This document shows, piece by piece, positions 38,223 through 48,518 of a DNA stretch of 64,000 nt. Source of the stretch: Candidatus Omnitrophota bacterium (GTDB lineage Bacteria > Omnitrophota > Gorgyraeia > 1-14-0-20-64-10); assembly GCA_016201735.1 (NCBI GenBank), contig JACQCH010000057.1, positions 18 to 64,017 on the forward strand, in the 5' to 3' direction. The notes under the pieces were generated by a model. That model was not told the DNA's origin. It worked only from the letters and a program-made list of their open reading frames with translations, and searched no databases. A program made the translations under genes and the position numbers. How positions within the stretch are numbered: the first letter of the stretch is position 1; the number at the start of each line of letters is the position of its first letter.

Positions 38223-41200
38223 TTAGCTCGCCAGCGTCCGGGCGCGGCGCCGATTCTCTGGAGAAAAGACAAAGGAGAGGTACTGACTGAGGAAATCCAG
38301 GAAGACCCCCGTATTCGAGGTAACCACCAAAGGTCCTGCCGTCGGCAAAGGCGCAGGGGGAGGTGGAGGGGGAGAATAAATCACCGCTCCGTTAAAGATC
38401 ACCTGCCCTGGCGGGCTGTTGAGCAGACTCAGTGTCCCGCTCGGGGTGACGGTGCCTGAAATGTCCACGGAAACCCCGCTCACCTCAGAAGCGGCTGAAA
38501 CACCCAAGGAAGCCCCAGTGACCAGGACATCGAATGGATCGGCCAACAGGCCGATGACGCCGCCGGCCGTCAGAGAAGAATTGCCTCCCGCCGTCAGATT
38601 CAGAGCGGAGCCGTTGCCATCCAGGATCGATCCGCCGGCCGTCAGAACCACAGCCCCGGTGGTGGAGACTGTTCCAACGGTGATGTCGCCGCCCGGAACC
38701 AACGTCAGGTTCTTTGAACCTTGGGTGAGGCCATCCACCGCCATCGCTCCGGCGGTGGAATTGCCGATGGTGAGGACGCCGGTGGTCGTGACTTGATCCA
38801 GCTCCCCGTCGGTCAGGTTGAAATGCCCGGCGCCGGCTCCCAAGCCGACCGTGACTCCTGTGGAGGGCAGCAGGGTTACGCTGCCCGACCCGCTGTTGAT
38901 GAAGCCGTTTAACGCAATGTCGTCCGCTGTGATCTGCGCCGGCTGGCCCAGCGCGTTGATCGTCCTGGCGGCTGCCACGGTAAAGGTGCCGACCCCGTCC
39001 GTATTGGAGTCGGCGTTGGCCGTGAAGCCACCGGTCGTCACCGTCAGATTCCGGTCGACGGTGATGCCGTCCGCTCCGTTTGCAACCAGCCCTTTGAAGG
39101 TAGAGTCTCCGGTGGCGAAGCTCACCGTCTTTGCCGCTCCTGTCGCGCTTAAGGTAACGGTCCCGACGTTTCCGCTGTTGGCCGCGGTGATTCCATTCAC
39201 GATCACGTTGCCCGCCGTCTGAAGGGTCAGCCCATTGGAGGTGATCCGCTGGAGCTCCGCGCCGCTCACGTTCACTCCATTCGTAACGGCAGTACCGCCC
39301 AAACCGATTCCAGTCCCGTCGGAGTCGTTCAGGATCAGCGCCGCGGTCCCGCTGGTGATGCTGCCGGAAGCGGCCAGGTCGAAATTGTTCACAGTAAGGG
39401 TCAGGGGGTTGTTTGAAGTTGAAAGGGTCCGGCCGTTGGCAACGGTCAATGTTCCGCTGTTATCCCCAAAATTCCGGTCGGTGTCGATCACGGCCATCTG
39501 GTTCGTGGTCAGAGAACGGTTGAGCGTGATCCCATTATTGGCAAAAAGCTCTACCCCGCTTCCGCTGGCAGCGCCGATGGTCACATCCGAGGCCCCCTGG
39601 ACCGTGATGGAGCTGGCCCGACGCGTTAAGGCCCCCGCTCCCGACCCGTTGGTGCCGCGGGTTAAAGCTTCTCCGAGAGTAAGGGTGCCGGTGGTCTGCA
39701 GCCGGTCCATCTCGCTCTGGATCAGCAGGCCGGTCGATCCGATCGTCAAAGAAGCGTGCTGCGACCGGGCCAGATGAATCGCTCCGGATCCGGCATCGAC
39801 ATCCGCGTTGAGGGCAAAGTTGGCGCCCATTAAGGTCACCTCCCCTCCATTCGAAGCAACAGCGCTGTCGACGGTCAGAGTGCCCGTCCCGTCCGCGGCG
39901 CCGGATGTGCTGTGGGGAGAATCGGCTTCCAGGTAAAGGCCGCCGCCGGCCGTCGTGATCGGCCCGCTTACGGTGATGTGCCGCCCCGCCTGAAGGGTGG
40001 CTGATTTTCCAGTTCCATTAACCACGATGCTGGCCGCTGCGATGTCCGTGCCGGCGGCCACGGCAATCGACCCATCGGTCGTAGAAAGGTCCGTCAGGGT
40101 AATCGCATCCGCCTCACGAAGAGCGATGCCGCCCGTGCCGCTGACTGCCGCAATGACATCGCTCACGACTGTGTCCAGATTGATTCCAGTCACCGCCGAC
40201 AGGGTCAGTGTCGAACCGGTCACATTCGCGGCGGCCCCGTTGCCGTCGGTAATGGCGCCTCCAGAGGTGAGACTCACGGTGCTGGTCGTCCGGACCTGCC
40301 CCACAGCGAACCCGTTCGCGTCCCGGTAGGTGAGCGCCCCAGCCGCGTTCGCCGAGTCCGCCGCGTTGCGGGCGCTTAAGTTGACCGTGGTGAAGTCGTT
40401 GCTGGCGTTGTCCAGGGTGACCGCTGCACCAGAGTTGTTCAAGGTTTTGACCGCCAGCGTCGAACCCGCCATCGCACCGCTCTGCGTGATCGCCCCGCCG
40501 CCCGTCAGCGTCACTGTACCCGTCGTGTTCGCCGCCGCCGCATCAAACCCGTTTGCGTCCCGGTAGCTCAGTGCCCCCGCCGCATTCGACGTGTCCGCCC
40601 CGTTCCGGGCTCGCAGATCCACCGTCGTAAAGTCATTGCCAGCGTTGTTCAGCGTGATCGCTGACCCTGCATTGTTCAAGGTCTTCGCCGTCAGCGTCGT
40701 GCCGGTCATCGCACCGATCTGCGTGATCGCTCCCCCGCCGGTCAGTGTCACCGTGCCTGTCGTCCGAACTCCGGAGACGCGAAAGCCGTTCGTGTCCCGG
40801 TAAACCAGCGCCCCACCAACGTTCGCGTTGTCCGCCGCGTTGCGGGTGCTCAAGTTGACCGTGGTGAAGTCGTTGCTGGCGTTGTCCAGGGTGACCGCTG
40901 CACCAGAGTTGTTCAAGGTTTTCACCGTCAGCGTCGAGCCGGTTATCGCGCCGCTCTGGGTAATCACCCCGCCGGCTGTCAGCGTCACCGTGCCCGTCGT
41001 GTTCGCCGCCGCCGCATCGAACCCGTTCGCATCCCGGTAGGCGATCGCCCCCGCGGCATTGGCGCTGTCCGCCGTATCCCGAGACCGAAGGTCGACCGTG
41101 GTCGCATCGTTGGTGGCGGAGTTGAGCGTAATCGCAGCCCCCCCATTGATCAGCGTCTTGGCCGTCAGGGTGTTGGCGCTGATCGTGCCGCTGGGCTGGG

Positions 41201-43190
41201 TAATGCCGCCGTTGCGGCCGGTGATTGTGACATTGCCGGTGGTGGTCAGGGAGCGGACCGTGATCGTCCCAGCCGTATTGAGAGTTCCCATGGTGAGGGT
41301 GATGTCCTGGTTCCCTGCGTTAAGGGTTGTGCCCACCGCCATTGTCATGTTTGCGGCGCCCGCCGTGCGATTCGCCGATTGCGCCGCAGAATCATTGGCG
41401 GTCAGTGAGATGGCGCCGTTATTGGTTGTGATGTTGTTGTTGATCAGAACCGACCGGCCGGCCTGGATGGTCAGCGTCTTCCCCGCCGAGATCATATTGA
41501 TCGGGTCGGTCACGGTGACATCCGTATTGGCCTGCAGAAGAATGTTGGCGGCAGCGGCGGCGATGGACGCCGGCGTGATGACGTTGGTGCCGGCCGGGTT
41601 ATTGCCAAACAGGTTGTTGACCCCGCTGTTGTAAGCAGATCCCCCCGCCGTTCGGACCATCAGGAATTTTGGATCCAGCAGCAGGGTGCCGACCGCGCCC
41701 TGGGGAGCGAGGAGGTTAACGTTGCCGTTGAAATCCAGCTCCTCCTTGCCCGACACCTCAGCGAATCCGCCGTCGCCGGAGAAGAGCCCCCCTTGAGCCG
41801 TGATGGAGCCGTAAAACCGATTGGCGTCATCCGCCCAGACGATCACCCGGCCGCCGTTGCCTTGATTCAGGGAATCCGCCCGGATTGCAGCATCCGGACT
41901 CGCATAAGTCCTCCAAGCGTTGGGCACCGTCCCTTTCCCCTGGAAATCACCGCCCATCAAGACCGTGCCTCCGCCGACATCTCCGGATACATCAACGAGC
42001 GCGTTCTCCAAAAGTCCAACCTTCTGTGCTAAGAGATGGATCGTCCCGCCCTTTCCCCCGGCGAAGCGGCCCGTCGCCTCTGTCTGGCTGTGCCCGGCGA
42101 GGAGAGTTTCATCGACGCCGACGATCTCAATCTGTCCGGCCTGTCCGCCAGGACCTGCGTTGGCGGTCACCGTTCCCATCTGGACGATTCGTGTTCCCTT
42201 CAGAGAAATCTGGCCGGCATCCGGAGAATTTGATGTGCCGTCCGCGTGAATCATCCCCCCCTGCTCAAGAGTTCCCCCTTCCCCGACGAATGCGATCCGC
42301 CCCCCTTGATTCTCCAATCGGCTGGCCTCCACCAACCCGCTGTTATTGACCACCCGGTCAAAGAGATTCTCCAACGACTCCGCCTTAATCAACACATTCC
42401 CACCAGGAGCGGAAATCGTTCCGGCTTGCTGGACCGCCGCGGAGACCGGACGGCCTTCCAGGTCCATGACAATCTGGGAAAGAGGTTTGTCGACCGTCAC
42501 GGCGATCTGCTCGGTCGGATCCAAGGTGAGCGTCATCTGCTCCCCGGAGCCCAAGGCGACGGTTCCCTGCTGCGCCACCAGCAATCCCTTGTTCACCACC
42601 GCGCCTCCCAAGAGGGCGATCAGGCCGCCGGGTCCAACGGCCTCGATGCTTCCTCTATTAACCAGTTCCGCGGGGAAGAACCCATCCGGCTGGCTGAAGC
42701 GGTAGGACCCCTGGGCAAAATCAAGATTGGAGATATCCAGGGTGGAGGCCACAAAGGTAGGGGCTTGAATCCTCGCCGTGTCGGCAATCTGTATCCCGCT
42801 GGGGTTGACATGGAAGAAGGGGACGTTCGAAGTTAAAGTGCCGGCGATGTCCGAAGGATCCCCGCCGGTGACGCGGGTCAGGACCCGGGAAGTATCGGTC
42901 GGCTGATGGAGATGGAAGACGATCGTTTCTTGGGGTGCCAGATTAAACTGGTTGTATTGGAGAATCGCCTGATCCGACTCGATGTGAACATGCTCTCTCT
43001 GTGGGTCGACTTGTTCGGAGGAAGCGGTCCCCTCTTCAACGGTGAAGCCGGTAGGCAAAGCAAGGACACCCACCGGAAGGATCAACCCTTGCACAAGGGC
43101 TAAGAATCCCACCAGAAATTTCAGCGCCGCCGCGCGTAGTTCATGGCGACGCAGCGCGTTGAGCCAACCCCAGCGGCTCACGCGTTGCAA
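38223..43190 (-). CDS. Two-partner-secretion exoprotein TpsA (filamentous haemagglutinin-like, 1655 aa)
   Basis: Extended signal peptide; N-terminal TPS domain (...VLTRVTGGDPSDIAGTL...FHVNPSGIQIAD...); long beta-helical repeat region; poly-Pro then a hydrophobic/basic tail FLDFLSQYLSFVFSPENRRRARTLAS. Confidence 0.85.
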   Translation of the reverse strand: MQRVSRWGWLNALRRHELRAAALKFLVGFLALVQGLILPVGVLALPTGFTVEEGTASSEQVDPQREHVHIESDQAILQYNQFNLAPQETIVFHLHQPTDTSRVLTRVTGGDPSDIAGTLTSNVPFFHVNPSGIQIADTARIQAPTFVASTLDISNLDFAQGSYRFSQPDGFFPAELVNRGSIEAVGPGGLIALLGGAVVNKGLLVAQQGTVALGSGEQMTLTLDPTEQIAVTVDKPLSQIVMDLEGRPVSAAVQQAGTISAPGGNVLIKAESLENLFDRVVNNSGLVEASRLENQGGRIAFVGEGGTLEQGGMIHADGTSNSPDAGQISLKGTRIVQMGTVTANAGPGGQAGQIEIVGVDETLLAGHSQTEATGRFAGGKGGTIHLLAQKVGLLENALVDVSGDVGGGTVLMGGDFQGKGTVPNAWRTYASPDAAIRADSLNQGNGGRVIVWADDANRFYGSITAQGGLFSGDGGFAEVSGKEELDFNGNVNLLAPQGAVGTLLLDPKFLMVRTAGGSAYNSGVNNLFGNNPAGTNVITPASIAAAAANILLQANTDVTVTDPINMISAGKTLTIQAGRSVLINNNITTNNGAISLTANDSAAQSANRTAGAANMTMAVGTTLNAGNQDITLTMGTLNTAGTITVRSLTTTGNVTITGRNGGITQPSGTISANTLTAKTLINGGAAITLNSATNDATTVDLRSRDTADSANAAGAIAYRDANGFDAAAANTTGTVTLTAGGVITQSGAITGSTLTVKTLNNSGAAVTLDNASNDFTTVNLSTRNAADNANVGGALVYRDTNGFRVSGVRTTGTVTLTGGGAITQIGAMTGTTLTAKTLNNAGSAITLNNAGNDFTTVDLRARNGADTSNAAGALSYRDANGFDAAAANTTGTVTLTGGGAITQSGAMAGSTLAVKTLNNSGAAVTLDNASNDFTTVNLSARNAADSANAAGALTYRDANGFAVGQVRTTSTVSLTSGGAITDGNGAAANVTGSTLTLSAVTGINLDTVVSDVIAAVSGTGGIALREADAITLTDLSTTDGSIAVAAGTDIAAASIVVNGTGKSATLQAGRHITVSGPITTAGGGLYLEADSPHSTSGAADGTGTLTVDSAVASNGGEVTLMGANFALNADVDAGSGAIHLARSQHASLTIGSTGLLIQSEMDRLQTTGTLTLGEALTRGTNGSGAGALTRRASSITVQGASDVTIGAASGSGVELFANNGITLNRSLTTNQMAVIDTDRNFGDNSGTLTVANGRTLSTSNNPLTLTVNNFDLAASGSITSGTAALILNDSDGTGIGLGGTAVTNGVNVSGAELQRITSNGLTLQTAGNVIVNGITAANSGNVGTVTLSATGAAKTVSFATGDSTFKGLVANGADGITVDRNLTVTTGGFTANADSNTDGVGTFTVAAARTINALGQPAQITADDIALNGFINSGSGSVTLLPSTGVTVGLGAGAGHFNLTDGELDQVTTTGVLTIGNSTAGAMAVDGLTQGSKNLTLVPGGDITVGTVSTTGAVVLTAGGSILDGNGSALNLTAGGNSSLTAGGVIGLLADPFDVLVTGASLGVSAASEVSGVSVDISGTVTPSGTLSLLNSPPGQVIFNGAVIYSPPPPPPAPLPTAGPLVVTSNTGVFLDFLSQYLSFVFSPENRRRARTLAS
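40090..41160 (-). repeat. Intragenic tandem repeats (~237 bp / ~79 aa, 4-5 copies) within tpsA
   Basis: Repeated peptide TLxxKTLNNSGAAVTLDNASNDFTTVNLSxRNAADxANAAGALxYRDANGF...TTGTVTLTGGGAITQ; plus-strand shadow ORFs start with ~237-nt periodicity (40330, 40591, 40828, 41059). Confidence 0.65.
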
Positions 43191-43389
43191 ACTTTCTATT
43201 TACCGGGGTTGGCTATTTTTTCTCAATTTCATTTCAATCTCTTACATATCCAAGATTACTTGATCGTTAACGGAAAATTCAAGAGGGAAGAACGGTTTTT
43301 TTTCGAGTTTGGACCAAAGGGGAAAAGTTGCAACTACATAAATTGACACGGGGTGATACCGTTGTGATACGGTCTGGAGAGAGGCGTTT

Positions 43390-45195
43390 TTAAAACCCAA
43401 CGCGGCAAATCAGGTGCAGGCGAGGGCGGTCCTTCTCCTGGTCCCGATCCCCGATCGCCCAGCCAAAATCCATCTGAAGGAAACTCTCAGAGGTCGGCCG
43501 AAGTCGAAACCCACATCCCACCCCGCTTAATCTCATGTCCGCGTCCTCGTTGCTCTGTGGAGAGCGAAGGAACCCCTCCGCGAAATCCCAGAACCCGACC
43601 AGAAGGAGGGAGCGCCGCAGATGGTTGAACGTGGAGCGGGCGTTCGCGGGCCCCGGGACAAACCGTTCCAGCGGCGCCCGAAGCTCCACGGTAGTCTGAA
43701 CCCCGTAATCGGCGAGGAACTCTCCCTCGGGATAGCCCCGGACCGTGTCGAACCCACCCAGCCGGAACTGTTCCGCGGGAACCAGCCGATTGGTGGTCAA
43801 CTGAAAGGCCCCCCGAAGAATCAGAGAAGTTCCCCAGGGTGCCTGTTGGACCCGAACCCCATTTCCGTTCCAACGAAAGAAGGATCCCCCTGCGTTGGCC
43901 CGGCTGGCGGCTGGATCTTCCGCGTGAGATCCCCCTAACAGACTTCCTATCCCCCACCGGAGCTCCTGGGTAAGAAGGGACTGTCCCTTTCTATCCTGTT
44001 CCAGAAGATTGGTTCCTAGATAGAGGACTCGAAGGTCATCCTTGGAGGTAATCCGGTCATCCAGCCGGGTCCGGATTCGTTTCCAGTCGAACCCGGTATT
44101 TACCTCCAGCTCCATCCCGGTATGGTAGACCCAGGGGATAATCAGGCCTGGGCTCACCGTCAATGCGTCTCCTCGGGCAAGGAGACCTTTCAAATCTCCT
44201 CCGATCGAAGATTTCACCCCGCTCACATCCAAGGTGGCCGTTAGACCCGATGGCTGAAGCGGCCGCAGGTAACTGAACGTCCCTCCCTTCAACCCTCCGA
44301 ATTCGCTCACGATCCCTCGAACAGACACCTGATCCTCACGACCGGTCAGATTGCCGTGCGAGAGTAGAATACTCTGGCGAATCTGTCCGGTCACCTTGGT
44401 TCCTAATGTATCGATGCTGTAGCTGGCGTGGAAGGGCCGATGGTCGGTGACTTGCAGAACCAGGTCGGTGGTCCCGGGTTGAGTCCCGGGGGTAAGGACC
44501 AGCTTCGCCTTCCGGTCCGGGTGGGCGTTGATCCGGTTCAACTGCTTCTGGAGGCGCGGCAGCCAGAGGATTTCCCCCGGCTGAACCTTCATCTGTCTGG
44601 CCAGAAGCTCCGTCGAGAAGAACCGGTTCCCCACCACCTGCAGACGGCCCACCTTCCCTTCGATGACCCGAACCCGAATCAGACCTTCCTCGACGGTCTG
44701 AGCGGGAATGACCGCCCGGGAGGTCACGTAGCCCCTTCCCCGGTACCAGCGGGTGATCCCCTCGGCCGCCGCTTTCAGTTCCTCCAGCGTGACGGTCCGG
44801 TTGATGATGGGACCCACCAATTTCCTCAATTCCTCATCGGGCAGGAGAGTGGCTCCCTCGACCGCCACACGGCGGACAGTGACCTCGGGGACTTGAAGGG
44901 TCGGGGCGGACGTCGGTTCCTCCGGAGGAACTTCAACAGGAGCGGGAACAGGAGCGGGTGCTTCTAACTTTTTGGGACGGCGCAGCCGTTCTTCCTCCGA
45001 GCCGACTTCCGTCTGCCGGGTGGAATCATCGGCAGATGCAGCCCTGATCCAGCCAAACCCTAGAGAGAGCCCCAGCAGACAAACCGAAACTGACGTCTTG
45101 AGAGTGCCCGTTAAGTTCACCGGACGGTGAGGACCTTGGTCGTTTTCCCGTCGGAAAGAACCACCTGCTTCTTTCGAATCTCCATCACCTGCCAC
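43390..45195 (-). CDS. TpsB outer-membrane transporter (ShlB/FhaC/HecB family, Omp85 superfamily)
   Basis: Signal peptide; POTRA region (VRRVAVEGATLLPDEELRKLV...RVIEGKVGRLQVVGNRFF); 16-strand barrel ending ...ICRVGF. Confidence 0.85.
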   Translation of the reverse strand: MAGDGDSKEAGGSFRRENDQGPHRPVNLTGTLKTSVSVCLLGLSLGFGWIRAASADDSTRQTEVGSEEERLRRPKKLEAPAPVPAPVEVPPEEPTSAPTLQVPEVTVRRVAVEGATLLPDEELRKLVGPIINRTVTLEELKAAAEGITRWYRGRGYVTSRAVIPAQTVEEGLIRVRVIEGKVGRLQVVGNRFFSTELLARQMKVQPGEILWLPRLQKQLNRINAHPDRKAKLVLTPGTQPGTTDLVLQVTDHRPFHASYSIDTLGTKVTGQIRQSILLSHGNLTGREDQVSVRGIVSEFGGLKGGTFSYLRPLQPSGLTATLDVSGVKSSIGGDLKGLLARGDALTVSPGLIIPWVYHTGMELEVNTGFDWKRIRTRLDDRITSKDDLRVLYLGTNLLEQDRKGQSLLTQELRWGIGSLLGGSHAEDPAASRANAGGSFFRWNGNGVRVQQAPWGTSLILRGAFQLTTNRLVPAEQFRLGGFDTVRGYPEGEFLADYGVQTTVELRAPLERFVPGPANARSTFNHLRRSLLLVGFWDFAEGFLRSPQSNEDADMRLSGVGCGFRLRPTSESFLQMDFGWAIGDRDQEKDRPRLHLICRVGF

Positions 45196-45551
45196 TGATC
45201 CAAGGTGTCTCCCACGGCGACCAGCCGGTTATTCACGACGGCCGACGGAATTCTTGAATCCCAAAGAATTCCGCTTAACACCCAGCCGTCGGAGCCCTCT
45301 TGCGCCTGCCCGGAGAGACGGCGGTCGATCTGGAAAGGGCTGTCCCCCCATTCCGTGGAACGGGGCCGCGCAGCCCCCTCGATCATTTTCCCTCTCCCCT
45401 GAGAGGAGAGGGTGGGAACCAGAGGGGCCGGCGCCGTTGGATTCGCCGGCCCCCTGGATCGGGCCGGCTTTACGGTCAGTCCCCGCGCCCAGAGGAGCAC
45501 TCCCAAAACAACCAGGGCCGCTGCCGCCAAACGCTGTTTCTTAGGATCCAC
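45117..45551 (-). CDS. pilP: PilP-like pilus assembly protein
   Basis: N-terminal TM, Pro-rich linker, C-terminal beta domain VNNRLVAVGDTLDQWQVMEIRKKQVVL; follows pilO. Confidence 0.5.
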   Translation of the reverse strand: MDPKKQRLAAAALVVLGVLLWARGLTVKPARSRGPANPTAPAPLVPTLSSQGRGKMIEGAARPRSTEWGDSPFQIDRRLSGQAQEGSDGWVLSGILWDSRIPSAVVNNRLVAVGDTLDQWQVMEIRKKQVVLSDGKTTKVLTVR

Positions 45552-46095
45552 TCTCCGCCTCGCTCAAGAAAATCTCCAACGACAGCCGCCCCCTCAAGTG
45601 AGGCAGGAGCCGCTCCTCCCGGTCAATCGATAACTGCCGCACAAAGGTTCCACTCAAAGAGGGTGTTCGAGCCAGTGCCCCCAGGAATTCTCCCCAAGAC
45701 CGATACACTCCTTCCAGAGTAAGCTCCACCGGTAGGATAACCAACCCCGGAGGATCGCCAGCGCGCGCGGCTCCGGGGGAAACTTGAATAAATTGGATTT
45801 GCTTCGACCGGGCCACGGTGTTGAGCTGTTTCAATACCGTCGAGATCGCGTCCGCGCGGGGCAATAAAGGAACCTCTCCCCGACGAATCGGGTCGACCGT
45901 CTTTCGGACATCGATTAATTCGGTTTTCAGGCGGAGCCATTCCGCATGGGACCGCCGGATCGACTGGAAGGCCGGCGCGTAAACGGCCCAGATCAGGACC
46001 AGGCCCCCGATGAACACTCCGGCCAGAACGAACCGGGGTTGGCGGAAAAGCCACACCCGGGTCTGGCGGATCGATTCGGTCACATCAGGGAACAT
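45541..46095 (-). CDS. pilO: PilO-like pilus assembly protein
   Basis: Single TM, coiled coil, C-terminal domain LTLEGVYRSWGEFLGAL; its position after pilN. Confidence 0.6.
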   Translation of the reverse strand: MFPDVTESIRQTRVWLFRQPRFVLAGVFIGGLVLIWAVYAPAFQSIRRSHAEWLRLKTELIDVRKTVDPIRRGEVPLLPRADAISTVLKQLNTVARSKQIQFIQVSPGAARAGDPPGLVILPVELTLEGVYRSWGEFLGALARTPSLSGTFVRQLSIDREERLLPHLRGRLSLEIFLSEAESGS

Positions 46096-47657
46096 CGAAT
46101 CTCAAACTCCGATTCTTTCGCCGGGCCTTCCAATTGTCTGGAGGAAATCAGCCGCACCTGGGTGAAAAATCTCTCTTCTTCCAGGGCCCGCAGAAAATCG
46201 GCCAGCACCTGATCCGAAGGCCGGCCTTGCTCCCGCACTTGGCCTCGAAGAGTGACTTCGTTCCCACTCAAGGTAAGCCCCGTGAGATAAATCTCCCTCG
46301 GAAGAACGTGGGTTAATTCCTTGAACAGATCTTCCCAGCGCGGTTGGCTGCGCTGCTTCTCTTGAGTAACAAAAGCGATCCTCGCCTGGACAAGCTCCGA
46401 TGCGACCGCCGCCCGTTCCAACGAAAAAGCAGTGATCTGCGTCCGAAGGGTTCTCTCATAAACCCCCATCCCGATCCGAATGAGCAGTGCTCCCACCACG
46501 GTGGCCGTTAGGACTCCGGTCAAGGCCGCCCGTTGGATCCGCATCTGATGGGCTTGCTTTATTTCCGCCGGCAACAGGTTGATCCCGAGGCCTTCGGTGA
46601 GAGCGGCTCCGAGGACCGGGACGAAGCTCAAGGGGGTCGCGCTGGCAGGTCCCTGGAGGGCCGCAGGCGTCTGCTGGAACCCCTCCAGGGGATCTGGTAC
46701 CTGTACCTGGATTTTAAGGTGTTCCTGCAGCCGATCGGACAAGCCCTTCAGGTGAGCTCCTCCTCCGACGAGAATCAACTCTGAGACCGCGGGCCCACCG
46801 GTTGACTCCCCATAGAAGACAAGGGAACGCTCCACCTCGGCGGTCAGCCGCTCAAGATTCCCTCGGAGAAGCGCGCAGAGCTGCGTCCCGGAAATTCCCT
46901 TCGCCCCCGTTTCGGAAAGAGGATCCTGAGGAATTCCCAGGGACCGTTTGATTGTCTCCGCTTCGGACTCGGTGAGGCGCGTCTGGCCTTGTTCCGTCAT
47001 CAAAGTGCCGGTCATCCCTTTGGTAAAATCGACCCCGGAGACCGGAACCTTCCGGGTAAACAGGGGTTGTCCTCCTTCAACCACAATGAACTCCGAGGAA
47101 CTCCCTCCCAAATACAGCAGGCCGACCGGTCCATCCTTCCGGGGAGATTTTTGTTGAACCCAACGAGCAACGGCAACCGCTTTCAGAAACAACTGCGTCG
47201 GCCGGACCCCCGCCTCCGAAAGGAGATTCAGATGTTTTTGGATCGCCGCTTTCGGAAGGGCCGCCGCCAAAAGTTTCTGCTTCTTGACCCCTGAAACCTC
47301 CACCTCCCCCGAAGGTTGATAATCCACCATGGCTTCCTCAGGAGGAACCGCTAAATGCTGCTGGAGCTCCGATCGGACCGCTCCGAGGAGTTCTCCTGCC
47401 GGCATAGGAGGGACCAGCACATGGCACAGACAGGCGAATGGATCATCCACGACGCTGACCACCTGCGCGAACTCCGCCGGGAAGATTCCCTGAAGCAGCT
47501 GTTTCAAGGCCGCCTGCCGGGCCGCTTCATCGCACCCCGGCGGAAGCTCCAGAAATCTCATCTGGGTCACCAGTGGTCTGGATTCTCTCCATTCCAAGAG
47601 GACCAGCTTGAAGGTACAGCTCCCCAGATCCAGCCCCAGAACCGGCTTACCTTTCAT
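46080..47657 (-). CDS. pilMN: PilM-PilN fusion (actin-like ATPase fused to inner-membrane PilN)
   Basis: N-terminus LGLDLGSCTFKLVLLE (PilM/FtsA-like); residues ~350-525 carry the INLLPAEIKQ PilN signature plus a TM. Confidence 0.8.
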   Translation of the reverse strand: MKGKPVLGLDLGSCTFKLVLLEWRESRPLVTQMRFLELPPGCDEAARQAALKQLLQGIFPAEFAQVVSVVDDPFACLCHVLVPPMPAGELLGAVRSELQQHLAVPPEEAMVDYQPSGEVEVSGVKKQKLLAAALPKAAIQKHLNLLSEAGVRPTQLFLKAVAVARWVQQKSPRKDGPVGLLYLGGSSSEFIVVEGGQPLFTRKVPVSGVDFTKGMTGTLMTEQGQTRLTESEAETIKRSLGIPQDPLSETGAKGISGTQLCALLRGNLERLTAEVERSLVFYGESTGGPAVSELILVGGGAHLKGLSDRLQEHLKIQVQVPDPLEGFQQTPAALQGPASATPLSFVPVLGAALTEGLGINLLPAEIKQAHQMRIQRAALTGVLTATVVGALLIRIGMGVYERTLRTQITAFSLERAAVASELVQARIAFVTQEKQRSQPRWEDLFKELTHVLPREIYLTGLTLSGNEVTLRGQVREQGRPSDQVLADFLRALEEERFFTQVRLISSRQLEGPAKESEFEIRCSLM

Positions 47658-47660
47658 CCG

Positions 47661-48518
47661 TCACTGCTCCACCCAGTCCGGCTCATAGTAGGCCACCTGG
47701 TTCTGGGGGGCAGCGTCGTCCGTCACGACCGTCTGCACCACCGTCCGGGTCAACGTGTTCCCGCCAGTCACCACCGTCCCGGTAGAGCTGATCTTGCGCC
47801 CGATGACCTCCAAGGTCGAGACCCGGACGTGGCCGCCGCCGCCGGACCGGGTCACCCGGAGCCGAAGATAGTTCACATTCGACTGCGCGGAGAAGGTATC
47901 CGTCACGTCGGTGGCCCCGTTGCCGACGACCGACAGGACGGTCGTGTAGCTGCTGTTGTCCGCGGAGACCTGCCAGGAATAATCCCGGGGCCGGGTGGCT
48001 GCGGTGTTCGCTATAAAATGGACCTTGTTGACCGTCAGGGTATAAGGAAACGTGATCGTGATGAATTGCGGAGTCCCGTTGCCCGAGCCGGCGCCGGCGC
48101 CTGGATTGAATTGGGACTCCCAAAAAGTGACATTGTTGCCGTCAATCGCCCTGGAGGGGACGTTCACTCCGTTGGATGAATTCGCGGAGGCGGTCGAGCC
48201 GTTGGCCGCCAGCGCGAAATCCCAGAACGTCACCGCCATCGTGTAGGTATTGTTCACGTCGGGCAGATTTTCCGTCAGGGTCACCGTACCGGAAGCCGGC
48301 CAGTTTTCTCCGCGGCCACCGGAAGCCACCGGGGTCATCAAATACCAGATCGCCTTCTGCAGGCCGGCCTCCGCCAACCATAAAACCTTCGCGTCGGTTT
48401 CCTCCCAGCCGCTGTTCTTGATGAAGACGCCGATGGCGTAGAGGAAAGACCCGATGAGAGTGACGAGGAGGATCATCACCGCCAGCGTCATGATAAGAAG
48501 AGATCCCCTATTCTTCAT
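47661..48518 (-). CDS. PilX_N-type pseudopilin fused to an F5/8 type C (discoidin) carbohydrate-binding domain
   Basis: N-terminus MKNRGSLLIMTLAVMILLVTLIGSFLYA (PilX_N-like); AIDGNNVTFWESQ...YSWQV is the discoidin hallmark. Confidence 0.55.
   Translation of the reverse strand: MKNRGSLLIMTLAVMILLVTLIGSFLYAIGVFIKNSGWEETDAKVLWLAEAGLQKAIWYLMTPVASGGRGENWPASGTVTLTENLPDVNNTYTMAVTFWDFALAANGSTASANSSNGVNVPSRAIDGNNVTFWESQFNPGAGAGSGNGTPQFITITFPYTLTVNKVHFIANTAATRPRDYSWQVSADNSSYTTVLSVVGNGATDVTDTFSAQSNVNYLRLRVTRSGGGGHVRVSTLEVIGRKISSTGTVVTGGNTLTRTVVQTVVTDDAAPQNQVAYYEPDWVEQ

Noticed and set aside
40090-41160. Regularly spaced ~237-bp repeats that could superficially resemble a CRISPR-like array
   Set aside because: The repeats are in-frame coding tandem repeats of the TpsA beta-helix. 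They lack short spacer/repeat alternation and cas genes.
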